Assembly: GCA_004297735.1 (NCBI GenBank)
Contig: SCTI01000001.1
Coordinates: 190,435 to 254,434 of the forward strand
DNA length: 64,000 nt
Source of the DNA: Patescibacteria group bacterium
Lineage (GTDB): Bacteria > Patescibacteriota > Saccharimonadia > UBA4664 > SCTI01
Direction of reading: 5' to 3'
Below, piece after piece: positions 30,078 to 40,493 of the stretch. Made by a program: the position numbers and the translations under genes. Every line of letters starts with the position of its first letter. The first letter of the stretch is position 1. A model generated the notes under the pieces. It did not search any database. It had not been told where the DNA came from and saw nothing but the letters and a program-made list of their open reading frames with translations.

Positions 30078-30938
30078 ATGCCGGTCAGTTTCACCAACCA
30101 AACCGATCAGCCGCTCTTTCCGGAAATTTTATGGAGCCGACCGACCTTAAAGAGTCGGGGAGGCAGACTGCTGATTGTCGGCGGACACAAACATGAGTTT
30201 AGCCAGGTGCAGGCGATTTATCAGGTTGCCGAAGCAGCCGGAGCGGGCTATGTTCAAGCTGCCTTACCGGACACGCTAAAGCCTTTAATTGGCGGGGGAG
30301 AGTTTGGTCATTTTTTGCCAGCTACCGCATCTGGCTCGCTGGGGAGGGCAGCACTTGGTGAGCTTGAGCATTTAGCCAAGGATTATGACGCGGTAATTAT
30401 TGGCGCCAACTTAACCAATAATTCAGAAACCGGCATTTTAATTGAGTCGCTAATTAAAAAAACCGAACAGCCGGTAGTTATTACCGAGGAGACCATCGGA
30501 ACGCTTAAATTTTATCCTGATTTAATTACCGGCAACCCGAAAGCACTAGTTACCGCGACCATGAACGGCTTGTTTGCACTCGCCAATAACCATCACATGC
30601 CTCTGGCCATCAAGCCCAACAGCGGCATGATTGGTAAGCTAGAGATTCTGCAACAGCTTATTGATATTAGTCGCTGCAGCTATGTCATCTTTGACCAAGA
30701 GATGATCGTAGCTAGCGAAGGAGAGATCAGTGTCACGCCGCTCAAAACCAGCCTATCTGGGCGGCAGGGTATAGTAACCGCCCTATCCTCGATCTTCTGG
30801 CTCCAGCATCGCGACAAGCCATTTACGGCCCTAACTACAGCAGCTTATGTCGCCGGTCAACTAACAGAGGCCGACCTAGCCACAGTCAGCGCTACGTCCC
30901 AGGCAATTCGCCGAGTTTTTAACAAGTTTGAGGATTAA
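30078..30938 (+). CDS. YjeF C-terminal/NAD(P)HX dehydratase-like protein (divergent)
   Basis: GRLLIVGG, AGAG.V, D..IIG; later motifs degenerate. Confidence 0.6.
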   Translation: MPVSFTNQTDQPLFPEILWSRPTLKSRGGRLLIVGGHKHEFSQVQAIYQVAEAAGAGYVQAALPDTLKPLIGGGEFGHFLPATASGSLGRAALGELEHLAKDYDAVIIGANLTNNSETGILIESLIKKTEQPVVITEETIGTLKFYPDLITGNPKALVTATMNGLFALANNHHMPLAIKPNSGMIGKLEILQQLIDISRCSYVIFDQEMIVASEGEISVTPLKTSLSGRQGIVTALSSIFWLQHRDKPFTALTTAAYVAGQLTEADLATVSATSQAIRRVFNKFED

Positions 30939-31566
30939 CGTGGATTTTACCGATACTAACAAAAAAACCATCCAGGTATATGAAGAAAACATCGATAAGT
31001 TTGTCGATAAAACAGCTAGCACCTGCAACAATATGCCGCGTGAGTGGATTGATCTTGCGCTTAAGATGATGCCCGTCAATCAAAAGATATTGGAGTTAGG
31101 GAGTGCCACCGGTCGTGATGCCGTCTATATCAAGGATCTTGGTTATGATATTCGTTGCACGGACATCGTTGATGGTTTTTTGAAGATATTAAAAGAGCGA
31201 GGGCTTAGCCCCGACAAGCTTAATGCTATTACCGACGACATCGGTGGATCATATGGCATGGTCCTGGCAAACTGCGTTTTTCTGCACTTTAATAATGAGG
31301 AGCTCCACTCAGTACTCAAAAAGACCCACGAAACACTTACCTCGCGTGGTGTTTTGGCCTGCTCATTCATGCTCGGTCAGGGTGAGATGTGGAGGAATCA
31401 CAAGGTGGCTGGCCGGTATTTTCACCTATGGCAGCCAGAAGAAATTATGGCCGTCCTTCGCCAACACGGCTTTAAAACCGAGTACATGAGGGCAGGCGAC
31501 CTACCTAGCTACGCCGATAAGTTTTACATTATTGCAACTAAAATCCCCACCGAGAAGTCCGTTTAA
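30928..31566 (+). CDS. Class I SAM-dependent methyltransferase
   Basis: ILELGSATGRDA motif I; ANCVFLH. Confidence 0.85.
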   Translation: MRINVDFTDTNKKTIQVYEENIDKFVDKTASTCNNMPREWIDLALKMMPVNQKILELGSATGRDAVYIKDLGYDIRCTDIVDGFLKILKERGLSPDKLNAITDDIGGSYGMVLANCVFLHFNNEELHSVLKKTHETLTSRGVLACSFMLGQGEMWRNHKVAGRYFHLWQPEEIMAVLRQHGFKTEYMRAGDLPSYADKFYIIATKIPTEKSV

Positions 31567-31623
31567 TAATTATTTAATATTTGTGTGAGATATTAGGGCT
31601 AATATAAACAAGTGAGGTAGTTT

Positions 31624-31956
31624 ATGAACAAAGCCGCATCAAATCAATCAGCCACAATCGAAGCCGTGCTTCATGCCGTCAACCAGTTGCGCGAAAGTTT
31701 TAGCGCATTTGGAGGCAGATTGGACTCACTAGAAAATAGGTTTGATTCGCTGGAGGGTCGGTTCGATAAGCTTGAGTCAAAGGTTGAGCGCGGGTTTGCA
31801 AGGCAGGACTTACGCATGGATGGATTAGAAAATCGTGTTAAGCATATTGAAAAAACTATGGAAATGGTTCATCGGAAAATTGACGTAACTACCGACAGAC
31901 TAGACGATCACACCTTGCGAATAGTTCGACTGGAGCAAAGACCAATCGAATCTTAA
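31624..31956 (+). CDS. Heptad-repeat coiled-coil protein
   Basis: RLDSLEN-RFDSLEG-RFDKLES repeats; SD GAGG. Confidence 0.7.
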   Translation: MNKAASNQSATIEAVLHAVNQLRESFSAFGGRLDSLENRFDSLEGRFDKLESKVERGFARQDLRMDGLENRVKHIEKTMEMVHRKIDVTTDRLDDHTLRIVRLEQRPIES

Positions 31957-31992
31957 GTTTGCAAAACTACAAATAAACAAGTCTATAAGTCC

Positions 31993-32079
31993 TGGTACCG
32001 CTGGTCGGGCTCGAACCGACATGAGGTTGCCCTCACGGGATTTTGAGTCCCGCGTGTCTACCAATTCCACCACAGCGGC
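31993..32079 (-). tRNA. tRNA-Leu (anticodon CAA)
   Basis: 87 nt with long variable arm; cggga-ctCAAaa-tcccg; CCA. Confidence 0.96.
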
Positions 32080-32156
32080 GCACGTATTGCTGTAAAATTC
32101 AGCTACTCCTTGGAGAACGAACGTAAAAAGATTACCATATAAGTATAGTGAATTAA

Positions 32157-33194
32157 ATGGTTTTAATGAGTCACGCCCACATCGCCCGATTTCCAACTCA
32201 ACCGGCCCGCCGCAAAGCCAACGATCCCGACGCAGCCACCCAGGCCCGAAAACGGATTGCCGAGCTACCGGACCTCTACCAGCAGCACGCTGCTCCAGAC
32301 AAGGAGCAGCTAGTTGGGTTGGTGCAACCTACTAGCATCGCGGCTGAACAGACCGCGCCGACCGGCCTATTGCGCAAGCCACTCCAAACCGCGCCGATTC
32401 TGCCAACAGCTGATGTTGCCATACCGGTTGACCTACCGGGTGAGCACTTTGAGGAGCCAAGTCATTCAATACCCACATGGCGAAAATTATTCGACAAGGT
32501 GCGACCATTTGGCATCGGTATTGCCACCTTCGCCTTACTTTTCTTGGTTTACAAGGCGCCAATCTTTTTAAGCCAAATTAGTTATTTAACCTCGGATAAA
32601 CCGGCCACCGTTTCTACTAACACCACTCCGCAGGTCGGACCCGACCCGGTGATCAGCATACCCAAGATAAACGTCACCGCACCGATAGTGTTTGCAAAGA
32701 GCAATGTGGAGTCGGAAATTCAAAAGGACTTGCAGTCTGGTGTGGTGCACTATGCCAATACCGCCAACCCCGGAGAGCCGGGCAATAGTGTAATATTTGG
32801 TCACTCCTCGAACGACTGGTGGGAGCCAGGTAACTATAAGTTTGTTTTTGTACTGCTAGAGCGCATGGCGGTTGGCGATAGCTTTACGGTTAACTACAAC
32901 TCCCAGCAGTACGTTTACCAGGTAACCGAAACCAAGGTAGTGGAGCCTAACGACTTGAGCGTGCTCAATAGCGACGGGTCACACCAATTAACCTTAATCA
33001 CCTGTACACCACCAGGTACGAGCTGGCGACGCTTTATTGTAAAAGCTAAGCAAATCAGCCCCGAACCAACCACGACTGCGCCAGCGGCCAAATCAACCAG
33101 CGATTTTGACGGCAAGCAGCTTACCGGGACCTCAACCAACCTAACCGATCAGTTAGCAAACTGGTGGCGAAAGGTTACTGGCGGATCTGAATAG
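32157..33194 (+). CDS. Sortase
   Basis: GVVHY, FGHS, LTLITC, and catalytic Arg in 'RRFIV'. Confidence 0.9.
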   Translation: MVLMSHAHIARFPTQPARRKANDPDAATQARKRIAELPDLYQQHAAPDKEQLVGLVQPTSIAAEQTAPTGLLRKPLQTAPILPTADVAIPVDLPGEHFEEPSHSIPTWRKLFDKVRPFGIGIATFALLFLVYKAPIFLSQISYLTSDKPATVSTNTTPQVGPDPVISIPKINVTAPIVFAKSNVESEIQKDLQSGVVHYANTANPGEPGNSVIFGHSSNDWWEPGNYKFVFVLLERMAVGDSFTVNYNSQQYVYQVTETKVVEPNDLSVLNSDGSHQLTLITCTPPGTSWRRFIVKAKQISPEPTTTAPAAKSTSDFDGKQLTGTSTNLTDQLANWWRKVTGGSE

Positions 33195-34557
33195 ATCGAA
33201 TCTGCATTGAGCCGCTAGAGGTCTGAGCAACCACAAATAGCGATTTGTCGTCAGGCGAATTAAAGGGCGGTAAACCATTTACTCGGGTAATGCCGGTGGC
33301 ATAGTTACCGTCGTATTCGGATAACACCGCCTTGCCATCCTGAACGTACTGCAAATGATAGTTATCAAACCAGCTAATGCCGCCGATTGGGCTGGAGCCG
33401 GTGGATAGATTGTACAGCTTGGATAGCTCTTGATCGTAGTTTGCTACGCCAGCGGCGGAGGTTATGAGCAAGAAGCGGCCATCTCCATTAAAGCTAAGGT
33501 TGCCCGATGGCGTTTGAACCGCAATCGGTGTTAGTGAATCGGCATCAACATTAGGGTAAAGCAGAGTTTTTTGTTGATCCGGAACTGCCACAGCTACCTG
33601 CGGCACATTAATATAGGATGAGTAAGCCACATCGTAACTGGCGCTTGGCGGCAAACTTTCAACCAGTTGTCGCTTTTGGCCACCGCGGTTTACCTGCCAT
33701 AAGGACGGCTTGGGGGTAGCGTTGCTAACGTAAAATATACGGTCCCCGGCATCAGCATATGCCAAAACGCCTCTAGCCAGTGGCTCTGATACCGAGCGAT
33801 CATTGATATCGATCCGTCGCAAACCTTCGGGTGAGGACCATAGCAACTGACTGCTATCGGCCTTACTAAAGCGCGAAGCCAAAACGTTGGTTTTAAACAT
33901 GTCATTTAAATCAATTGGACTGCCCGAACCATTGGCGGCCAATACTAGACCGGTCTCGCCAGCGGCACTCGTCTTTTTAACGAGTACTTTAGAGGCATCA
34001 TCGGCCCACGACAGAACCTCTAGCTTCTCTAGCGGCTGGCCGGCTGGGTCAAGAGGAATGGTGTAAATCCGCTCGGTTTTTTGGTTACGCGCATTAAGCA
34101 TCCAAAGCCCGGCCTCCTGGCCACCAGGGACAATATAGGCTATGCGACTGCGATCGCCGCTAGACACAAACTGCTGGATCGCTGGGTAGGTTGAAATATC
34201 GCTAACCTCAAAGCGCTGGGGCATAAGCAATACATACTGTGTTGCCGTTACTCTCGAAGGAATTATCTCAACCTCTTTGGTCCAAGTTCGGTAGCCATCT
34301 TTGGCTAAAGAGTAGGTGTAGGTGCCACCCTCAAGGCTTTTACGATAAGGCGTGGTGTCGTTAAGATCGCGTCCGTTTAAGCTAACGGCGGAATTTGACG
34401 GCTTAGATTCAAGCAGCAATAAACCACGATGAACCAACCGCCCAGCCTTCAAGTCATAGCTGTAGCCGTTCCCGTAAGCTACCAAAACTACGGTGCCGCC
34501 AATAACAATGACAGCGCCTAGTATGTAGCCGCCAATAATAATGATTCGACGTAACAT
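33175..34557 (-). CDS. PEGA-domain protein with putative beta-propeller
   Basis: N-terminal TM; 'ESKPSNSAVSLNG..TTP..KDGYRTW' PEGA pattern. Confidence 0.75.
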   Translation of the reverse strand: MLRRIIIIGGYILGAVIVIGGTVVLVAYGNGYSYDLKAGRLVHRGLLLLESKPSNSAVSLNGRDLNDTTPYRKSLEGGTYTYSLAKDGYRTWTKEVEIIPSRVTATQYVLLMPQRFEVSDISTYPAIQQFVSSGDRSRIAYIVPGGQEAGLWMLNARNQKTERIYTIPLDPAGQPLEKLEVLSWADDASKVLVKKTSAAGETGLVLAANGSGSPIDLNDMFKTNVLASRFSKADSSQLLWSSPEGLRRIDINDRSVSEPLARGVLAYADAGDRIFYVSNATPKPSLWQVNRGGQKRQLVESLPPSASYDVAYSSYINVPQVAVAVPDQQKTLLYPNVDADSLTPIAVQTPSGNLSFNGDGRFLLITSAAGVANYDQELSKLYNLSTGSSPIGGISWFDNYHLQYVQDGKAVLSEYDGNYATGITRVNGLPPFNSPDDKSLFVVAQTSSGSMQIRSIQIRQ

Positions 34558-34643
34558 AATCGACTTACACTATACGCCAGACAGCCTAAAAATTAAAGCT
34601 CAGGTGGCATGGTTGAGTAGGTGCCGGTATAATACATGGCAGT

Positions 34644-35651
34644 ATGTTCGGAAAGCGTCTGGCAATTGATTTAGGTACCACTCGCGTATTGGTTTATGAA
34701 CCAAAGCGCGGCTTGGTGATTAACGAGCCAAGTGTGGTGGCGGTCAGTACTGCCGACAAAAGTATTGTGGCGATTGGCGAGGACGCCAAAGAGATGCTTG
34801 GTCGCACCCCCGACACAATTGTCGCCTCACACCCACTTAAAGATGGTGTGATTGCCGATTACCACATCACTCAAGCCATGATTAAGCACTACATCAACAA
34901 GGTGCTAGGCGGATTTCGTTTAACCCGCCCCGATATCATGATTACGGTACCGGCGGGGGCGACCTCAACTGAACGGCGGGCGGTGGTTGATGCAACCTTA
35001 GCCGGTGGCGCTCGTGCCGCTTATATTATTCGTGAGCCAATTGCGGCCGCGCTTGGTGCCGGTATTCCAATTGCGGCGGCGGCCGGCAACATGGTAGTAG
35101 ACATTGGTGGAGGCACCACCGAAATTGCGATCCTGAGCCTGGGTGGCGTAGTGGCCCAAAACTCGGTTCGAGTTGGAGGTAACAAACTTGATGCCGCTAT
35201 TGCTGAGGGGATTCGCCGCAACCACAGCCTCGCTATTGGCGCTCAAACCGCCGAACAAATTAAACACACCATTGGTAGCGCTTTGACACCAAAAACCAAA
35301 AAAACCATGGAGGTGCGTGGGCGTGATGTAGTGGCCGGCCTGCCAAAAACCGTTACCATAACCGCCAGCGAGATTACCACCTACATGGCTGACGAGTTAG
35401 AAAAAATTGTCTTGGCAATTAAAAGCGTGCTCGAACAGACTCCACCGGAGCTTTCGAGCGACATTATCGATCGAGGCATGATTTTAACCGGAGGCGGTGC
35501 CCTACTAACCGACCTAGACAAGTTACTAACCAGCATCACCGGGGTACCCTGCGTGGTGGCCGAAGATGCTCAGCTGTGTGTAGCCAGAGGGGCTGGAATC
35601 GCCCTTGATAACCTTGGTGAGTACAAGCGAAGTCTGGCTGGGCTGTCTTAA
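34644..35651 (+). CDS. mreB: Rod shape-determining protein MreB
   Basis: IDLGT, EPSVVA, DIGGGTTE, LTGGGALL. Confidence 0.96.
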   Translation: MFGKRLAIDLGTTRVLVYEPKRGLVINEPSVVAVSTADKSIVAIGEDAKEMLGRTPDTIVASHPLKDGVIADYHITQAMIKHYINKVLGGFRLTRPDIMITVPAGATSTERRAVVDATLAGGARAAYIIREPIAAALGAGIPIAAAAGNMVVDIGGGTTEIAILSLGGVVAQNSVRVGGNKLDAAIAEGIRRNHSLAIGAQTAEQIKHTIGSALTPKTKKTMEVRGRDVVAGLPKTVTITASEITTYMADELEKIVLAIKSVLEQTPPELSSDIIDRGMILTGGGALLTDLDKLLTSITGVPCVVAEDAQLCVARGAGIALDNLGEYKRSLAGLS

Positions 35652-35652
35652 G

Positions 35653-36927
35653 ATGAGCTCCTTTAAGGTAAGTTCAGACTCCTTACGCAGCACCATTCAG
35701 TGGGGCGCTGTACTAATAGTTGCAATAATGCCGTTTCATGCCTTTTTAAGCGTATGGCTGGGCTCGTTGTTTGGCCATCAAGCCGCCTGGCAATCGTGGA
35801 AGGAGCTCTTAACCTTAATATTGGTGAGTTTGACGGTATGGTACGTTTATAAAAATCCGGGCGTGTTACAACGCTGGCGGCAGCCGCTATGGTATGCCGT
35901 AGCTGGTTTTGTAGCGATTGCCACGCTGGTGACCTTAGCGGCTTGGCCGGGCGCGACCGCGGCTGTGTTTGGCGCTAAAACCGATTTAGAGCCTTTAGTA
36001 GTGGCTGCAATTGCCGCCGTTGTAGCCGATCCCAAGCTGGTGCAGCGCCTGGTAAAAGTTCTGCTCGCTACCAGCGCAATTGTAGTAACTTTAGCGCTAT
36101 TACAGGTTTATATTCTGCCCAAAGAGTTTTTGAGCGGTTTTGGCTATAGCAGCTCAACCATTACACCTTACATGCTGGTCGATCCGGCTCTGCCTGCTAT
36201 CCGCGCTTTTGCCACGCTCGGCGGCGCCTTGCAGCTCGGCAGTTTTTTGTTGCTACCTCTGGCACTGGTGGCAGCACTAATGATTAGACAATTTCGCTGG
36301 TGGCAGCCAATTATGTTGCTGGCCACCGGCATGGCGCTGTGGCACACCCACTCTCGCGCCGCCTGGATTGGCGCAATTGTAGCGATTGGCGTAATAGTAA
36401 TCTTGCGACTACCAAGTAGGTGGAGGCTGCCATCGGCTTTAATCGGTATTGTGACGGCAGCAATTGGTTTGAACATCTTAATTAGCCTGTCATCCAGCTC
36501 ATCAACCCTGCAGTACTACCTGTTCCACGGAAGCATAAAAGCCACCGGCTACCAAACCTCAACCGAGCTACATGGGCTAGCGATTCAAACCGGCCAACAG
36601 GAGCTGCTGCGCCAGCCTTTGGGCCAGGGCCTTGGGACCGCTGGCCCAGCCTCTTACCACACCGATAGGCCACTAATACCGGAAAGTCAGTATCTTCAAA
36701 TTGGTATTGAAACCGGCTTTGTCGGGTTGGCGCTGTTTCTTATTATTCAAATCATTTTAGCGCTTCAACTGCTCAAGCGGCATGAACATTCTCCGCTGGC
36801 CACCGCCTTAGTGTCTAGTCTGGCTGGCATAGCGGTCTTAAACCTGGCTCTACATGGCTGGGCCGATAGCTCGACCGCCCTGGTGTACTGGGCGATGGCG
36901 GGTGCCTACATTGGAGCTGAATCATGA
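35653..36927 (+). CDS. O-antigen ligase/Wzy-like membrane protein
   Basis: Multiple TMs; THSRAAW, PLGQGLG, ETGFVG. Confidence 0.8.
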   Translation: MSSFKVSSDSLRSTIQWGAVLIVAIMPFHAFLSVWLGSLFGHQAAWQSWKELLTLILVSLTVWYVYKNPGVLQRWRQPLWYAVAGFVAIATLVTLAAWPGATAAVFGAKTDLEPLVVAAIAAVVADPKLVQRLVKVLLATSAIVVTLALLQVYILPKEFLSGFGYSSSTITPYMLVDPALPAIRAFATLGGALQLGSFLLLPLALVAALMIRQFRWWQPIMLLATGMALWHTHSRAAWIGAIVAIGVIVILRLPSRWRLPSALIGIVTAAIGLNILISLSSSSSTLQYYLFHGSIKATGYQTSTELHGLAIQTGQQELLRQPLGQGLGTAGPASYHTDRPLIPESQYLQIGIETGFVGLALFLIIQIILALQLLKRHEHSPLATALVSSLAGIAVLNLALHGWADSSTALVYWAMAGAYIGAES

Positions 36928-38033
36928 AGGTAGCCTTGGTCCATGACTGGCTCAACACCAAATATGGTGGTGCCGAACGGGTGCTTGAGCAGTTGGCTAA
37001 AATTTATCCGGAAGCTCCAATTCACACCTTAATCTACAACCAAGAGGCCGGAGGCAGTATCGACCCCTCACGGATTCGTACTAGCTGGCTACAGCGCTTG
37101 CCTCGCTGGCTGCAGCGACGATCCCGATACCTATTACCGTTAATTCCAACCGCTATTGAGCAGTTTGATTTAAGCCAATACGATGTGGTGATATCATCTT
37201 CGGCAGCATTTTCTAAGGGCGTCATCACCAAACCCGAAACGCTCCACGTCTGCTACTGCCATACCCCAACTCGTTTTGTGTGGGACTACTGGCCACGCTA
37301 CCTAAATGAGCAAAAGGTCGGGCCTTTGCGCCGAGCCGTAATTCACCGCTTAACCTCCAAGTTGCGTCTATGGGACTACTATAGTGCCGAACGCGTCGAT
37401 AGCTGGGTAGCCAACTCACAAACCACCGCTGCTCGCATCAATAAGTACTACCGCCAAAAGGTGGATGCCGTCATCTATCCGGGGGTTGAGGTTGAGCAGT
37501 TCAAGCCGGTCAAACCCGACCAAAAACAAGACTACTTTGTGACCCTGGGTATGTTAACACCGTACAAAAAGATCGACCTTGCCATAGCGGCTTGCAACCA
37601 ATTAAAACGACGATTGATTGTAATTGGTGACGGTCCCGATCGGGCGAGGTTAGAAAAACTGGCTGGGCCTACAATCGAGTTTGCTGGATACGTTGATAGC
37701 GCCACCAGATCTAAGTTGGTTGCTGAAGCTCAAGCCTTAATTTTTGCCAACGAAGAGGACTTTGGCATTGCGCCGGTTGAGGCGATGGCCGGAGGAACCG
37801 CGGTCATTGCCTACAACAAGGGCGGCCTAACTGAAACGGTGGTTGATGGTGTTACTGGATGTTTCTTTAACCAGCCTACAGCTGATTCTTTGGTAGAGTC
37901 ACTTAAAACATTCAAGGCTTCGGATTTTAAAACCAAAGCCCTGACCGATCAGGCTCAGAAATTTAGCCAGCAACGCTTTGCCGATAAAATACAGAGCTAT
38001 GTCAGCCAAAGGTACCAAGACTATGTCGGCTAA
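36924..38033 (+). CDS. GT4 family glycosyltransferase
   Basis: VHDWL..GGAERVL; EDFGIAPVEAMA. Confidence 0.92.
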   Translation: MKVALVHDWLNTKYGGAERVLEQLAKIYPEAPIHTLIYNQEAGGSIDPSRIRTSWLQRLPRWLQRRSRYLLPLIPTAIEQFDLSQYDVVISSSAAFSKGVITKPETLHVCYCHTPTRFVWDYWPRYLNEQKVGPLRRAVIHRLTSKLRLWDYYSAERVDSWVANSQTTAARINKYYRQKVDAVIYPGVEVEQFKPVKPDQKQDYFVTLGMLTPYKKIDLAIAACNQLKRRLIVIGDGPDRARLEKLAGPTIEFAGYVDSATRSKLVAEAQALIFANEEDFGIAPVEAMAGGTAVIAYNKGGLTETVVDGVTGCFFNQPTADSLVESLKTFKASDFKTKALTDQAQKFSQQRFADKIQSYVSQRYQDYVG

Positions 38034-38901
38034 GCAGTACGACATTTTGGGCGTTACAACCGATAGTCTCACCATGCGACAAGCGGTTGAGTTAATATCC
38101 GCTCGCGCCAAACAGAATGGTGCTTGTTATGTAACCAAACCATATGTTGAGTTTTACGACGCCGCTTCCGGTGACCCAAAAATACGCGCTGTACTCAACC
38201 AGAGCTACCTTTGCCTACCGGATGGCGTGTCGACCCAATGGGCCGCCCAGTATCTATACGGGGGTAAGCGCTGGTGGGGCAGGGCGCTGTGGCTGGCCGC
38301 GAGCATCATGTTGCGCCCTGCTGCTATCCGCAAATTGATCCCAGAAAGGTTTAGCGGCGCAACCTTTACCTGGAAGCTGCTGCAAAACTGCGATCAGCAA
38401 AAGTTAAGCGTGTACCTGATAGGCAGTCCCAAGAACGGCTCAATTGCCACTACCACGGCAGCTATTTTGCAGCAGCTACCAGGCTTAAAAATTGTTGGTA
38501 CTCGCCCAGGGGAGTTAGGCGGCTTACGCGGTCATGCGCTCTTGCAGGCGCTTGAAAGCGATCAGGCGGTTCTTAATGAGCTAACCACCGAGCTTAAGCA
38601 AAAGCAGCCTGACGTTATTCTGGTTGGACTAGGGTTTCCCCTACAAGAGCTGGTCATATCTAGGCTAGCTAATGAGCTACAGCGCGGTGTCTTGATCGGC
38701 GAGGGTGGCACCTTTGATTACGACAGTTTTGGTGGCATCCGCAAGCGAGCCCCTAAATGGTGGCGAAAGATTGGCCTAGAGTGGCTTTGGAGACTGCTGC
38801 TGGAACCCAGTCGGCTGGAGCGGCAGCGAGCGATTCCACGGTTTATGTGGCGAGTCTACCAACAGGGACGTCGCCTTAACCAAGCCAAGCGTAACGCTTA
38901 A
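38023..38901 (+). CDS. WecB/TagA/CpsF glycosyltransferase
   Basis: LPDG, VGLGFPLQE, KRAP.WW.KIGLEWLWRL. Confidence 0.9.
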   Translation: MSAKQYDILGVTTDSLTMRQAVELISARAKQNGACYVTKPYVEFYDAASGDPKIRAVLNQSYLCLPDGVSTQWAAQYLYGGKRWWGRALWLAASIMLRPAAIRKLIPERFSGATFTWKLLQNCDQQKLSVYLIGSPKNGSIATTTAAILQQLPGLKIVGTRPGELGGLRGHALLQALESDQAVLNELTTELKQKQPDVILVGLGFPLQELVISRLANELQRGVLIGEGGTFDYDSFGGIRKRAPKWWRKIGLEWLWRLLLEPSRLERQRAIPRFMWRVYQQGRRLNQAKRNA

Positions 38902-38961
38902 GCCTAGTCAGGCAACCATTAATGTTGTACCATAAGCATAATAAAGGTGACCTTGCACTCG

Positions 38962-40125
38962 ATGGAATGTTCAAACTGTCATAAGAATGGGTTTGTGATT
39001 ATTGGCAACAAGCGATACTGCAGCAACTGCGGTACGAGACTTGACGCTCAGTCGGCTGCCCCTCGGGCTATGTCCGACATCAAACCGTCCGGCCCCCGAC
39101 CAGCCCCGGTAGCCGCCACTCAGCTTCACGGCCAGCAAGTTGGGGCGGCCAAGCCTGGGGTGCTTGACCTACGCTCAGGCTCACCAGCGGCTCCAAGCAA
39201 CAGTGAGGCAAAAGCGGCCACACCGATCGTCGCCTCAAAAACCCCCGTGGCGCCCAAGCCAGTTCAACCACCCAAGCCGCCGCAGGGCCCAGCGGTACCG
39301 CCACCACCAGCAGTGGTAGCCCCTACCGGTGTAAACGCCGTTACCGCCGCAACCGCTTTGGCTCCGACAGCCATTACCGCCCCAGCTCCAGAAGCACCGG
39401 CCCAACCAGCCTTAGCAGCAGTGCCAATGACACCTCAACCAAGTGCGGCCAGCCAAACCCACCCATTGGTTAAGCGCTTCCCATCGCACCCAGCGGTACA
39501 AGCCAAATCAGCCAGTGCCAGCGAGCCTCTAGTACCAAACTCGGTGGTAGCCCCGGCAGCGGCTAATCCAGCCGCCGAAGCAGCCCCTGTGCCAACCTCG
39601 CCGGCCCTTGAGCAAGCACTACACAATGCCGCCGACACAACCCTTGCTAGTCCAAGCCCCTCTAACAAGCCGCTACCCGGGCTTGCCAGCGCTGCCGCCG
39701 CGGTTGCTGCTATCGCCATTATCGGCGGTTTAATCTGGATGCAAAACTCGCCTAAGCTAGCTTTTCGCTCAGCGGCGACTCAAGCCGGCGTACAAGCCAG
39801 TCTGCCAACCTATGTGCCATCAAGCTACCGCCAGGTTGGACCGGCTGCCGTAGCGCCCGGCCAGCTCACGCTCACATTCCAGTCCACCAACAAGGATAGT
39901 GAGATGCAAATCATCCAGCGGCGCACCGCCTGGGATTCTAACTCGCTACGCGAAAACTTTGTTGGGCGCCAAAGCGACCAGTATTTAGCGGTTCAAGGCC
40001 AAGGTCTAACCATCTACTTGTTTGGCGATCGAGCCAGCTGGGTTAACCATGGCGTATGGTATACCGTAGAGGGCACCTCGCGATTGAGCCAAGAACAAGT
40101 CCTTAAAATTGCCTACGGACTATGA
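38962..40125 (+). CDS. Zinc-ribbon, Pro/Ala-rich membrane protein with DUF4367-like C-terminus
   Basis: CxxC..CxxC, low-complexity linker, one TM, 'LPTYVPSSY'. Confidence 0.65.
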   Translation: MECSNCHKNGFVIIGNKRYCSNCGTRLDAQSAAPRAMSDIKPSGPRPAPVAATQLHGQQVGAAKPGVLDLRSGSPAAPSNSEAKAATPIVASKTPVAPKPVQPPKPPQGPAVPPPPAVVAPTGVNAVTAATALAPTAITAPAPEAPAQPALAAVPMTPQPSAASQTHPLVKRFPSHPAVQAKSASASEPLVPNSVVAPAAANPAAEAAPVPTSPALEQALHNAADTTLASPSPSNKPLPGLASAAAAVAAIAIIGGLIWMQNSPKLAFRSAATQAGVQASLPTYVPSSYRQVGPAAVAPGQLTLTFQSTNKDSEMQIIQRRTAWDSNSLRENFVGRQSDQYLAVQGQGLTIYLFGDRASWVNHGVWYTVEGTSRLSQEQVLKIAYGL

Positions 40126-40457
40126 CCGACTCGGCTTGGGAACGCCTTACCGAAGCCATCGATATCAAACTGGGGTTTGACCGCCACGGCCGCGAAGCTC
40201 GACCGCTAGAGGACCGGCCAGATCTAACCGCACAGGTCGAGTTCTTTGAGTTTGTTAAAGATGGCCAAACTCTCCGCCTTGAACGTCACACCGGCCCAGC
40301 CATTATCGATCGTAAGTCGCACTACAGCCATCGCGGCGGCACCGCCAACCGCATTGAGACCATTTACAATGAGCGCGAAATCGCCCACACCGTGCATCTT
40401 TTACGCAAAGAGGGTAATGACTGGGTCGCCGTAGATCTGAATGAGCTTGGACTGTAG
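40122..40457 (+). CDS. Hypothetical protein
   Basis: ATGA coupling to the upstream gene. Confidence 0.65.
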   Translation: MTDSAWERLTEAIDIKLGFDRHGREARPLEDRPDLTAQVEFFEFVKDGQTLRLERHTGPAIIDRKSHYSHRGGTANRIETIYNEREIAHTVHLLRKEGNDWVAVDLNELGL

Positions 40458-40493
40458 TTGCCGACACCGGCAAATATCAGGTAAGCTAAGGGT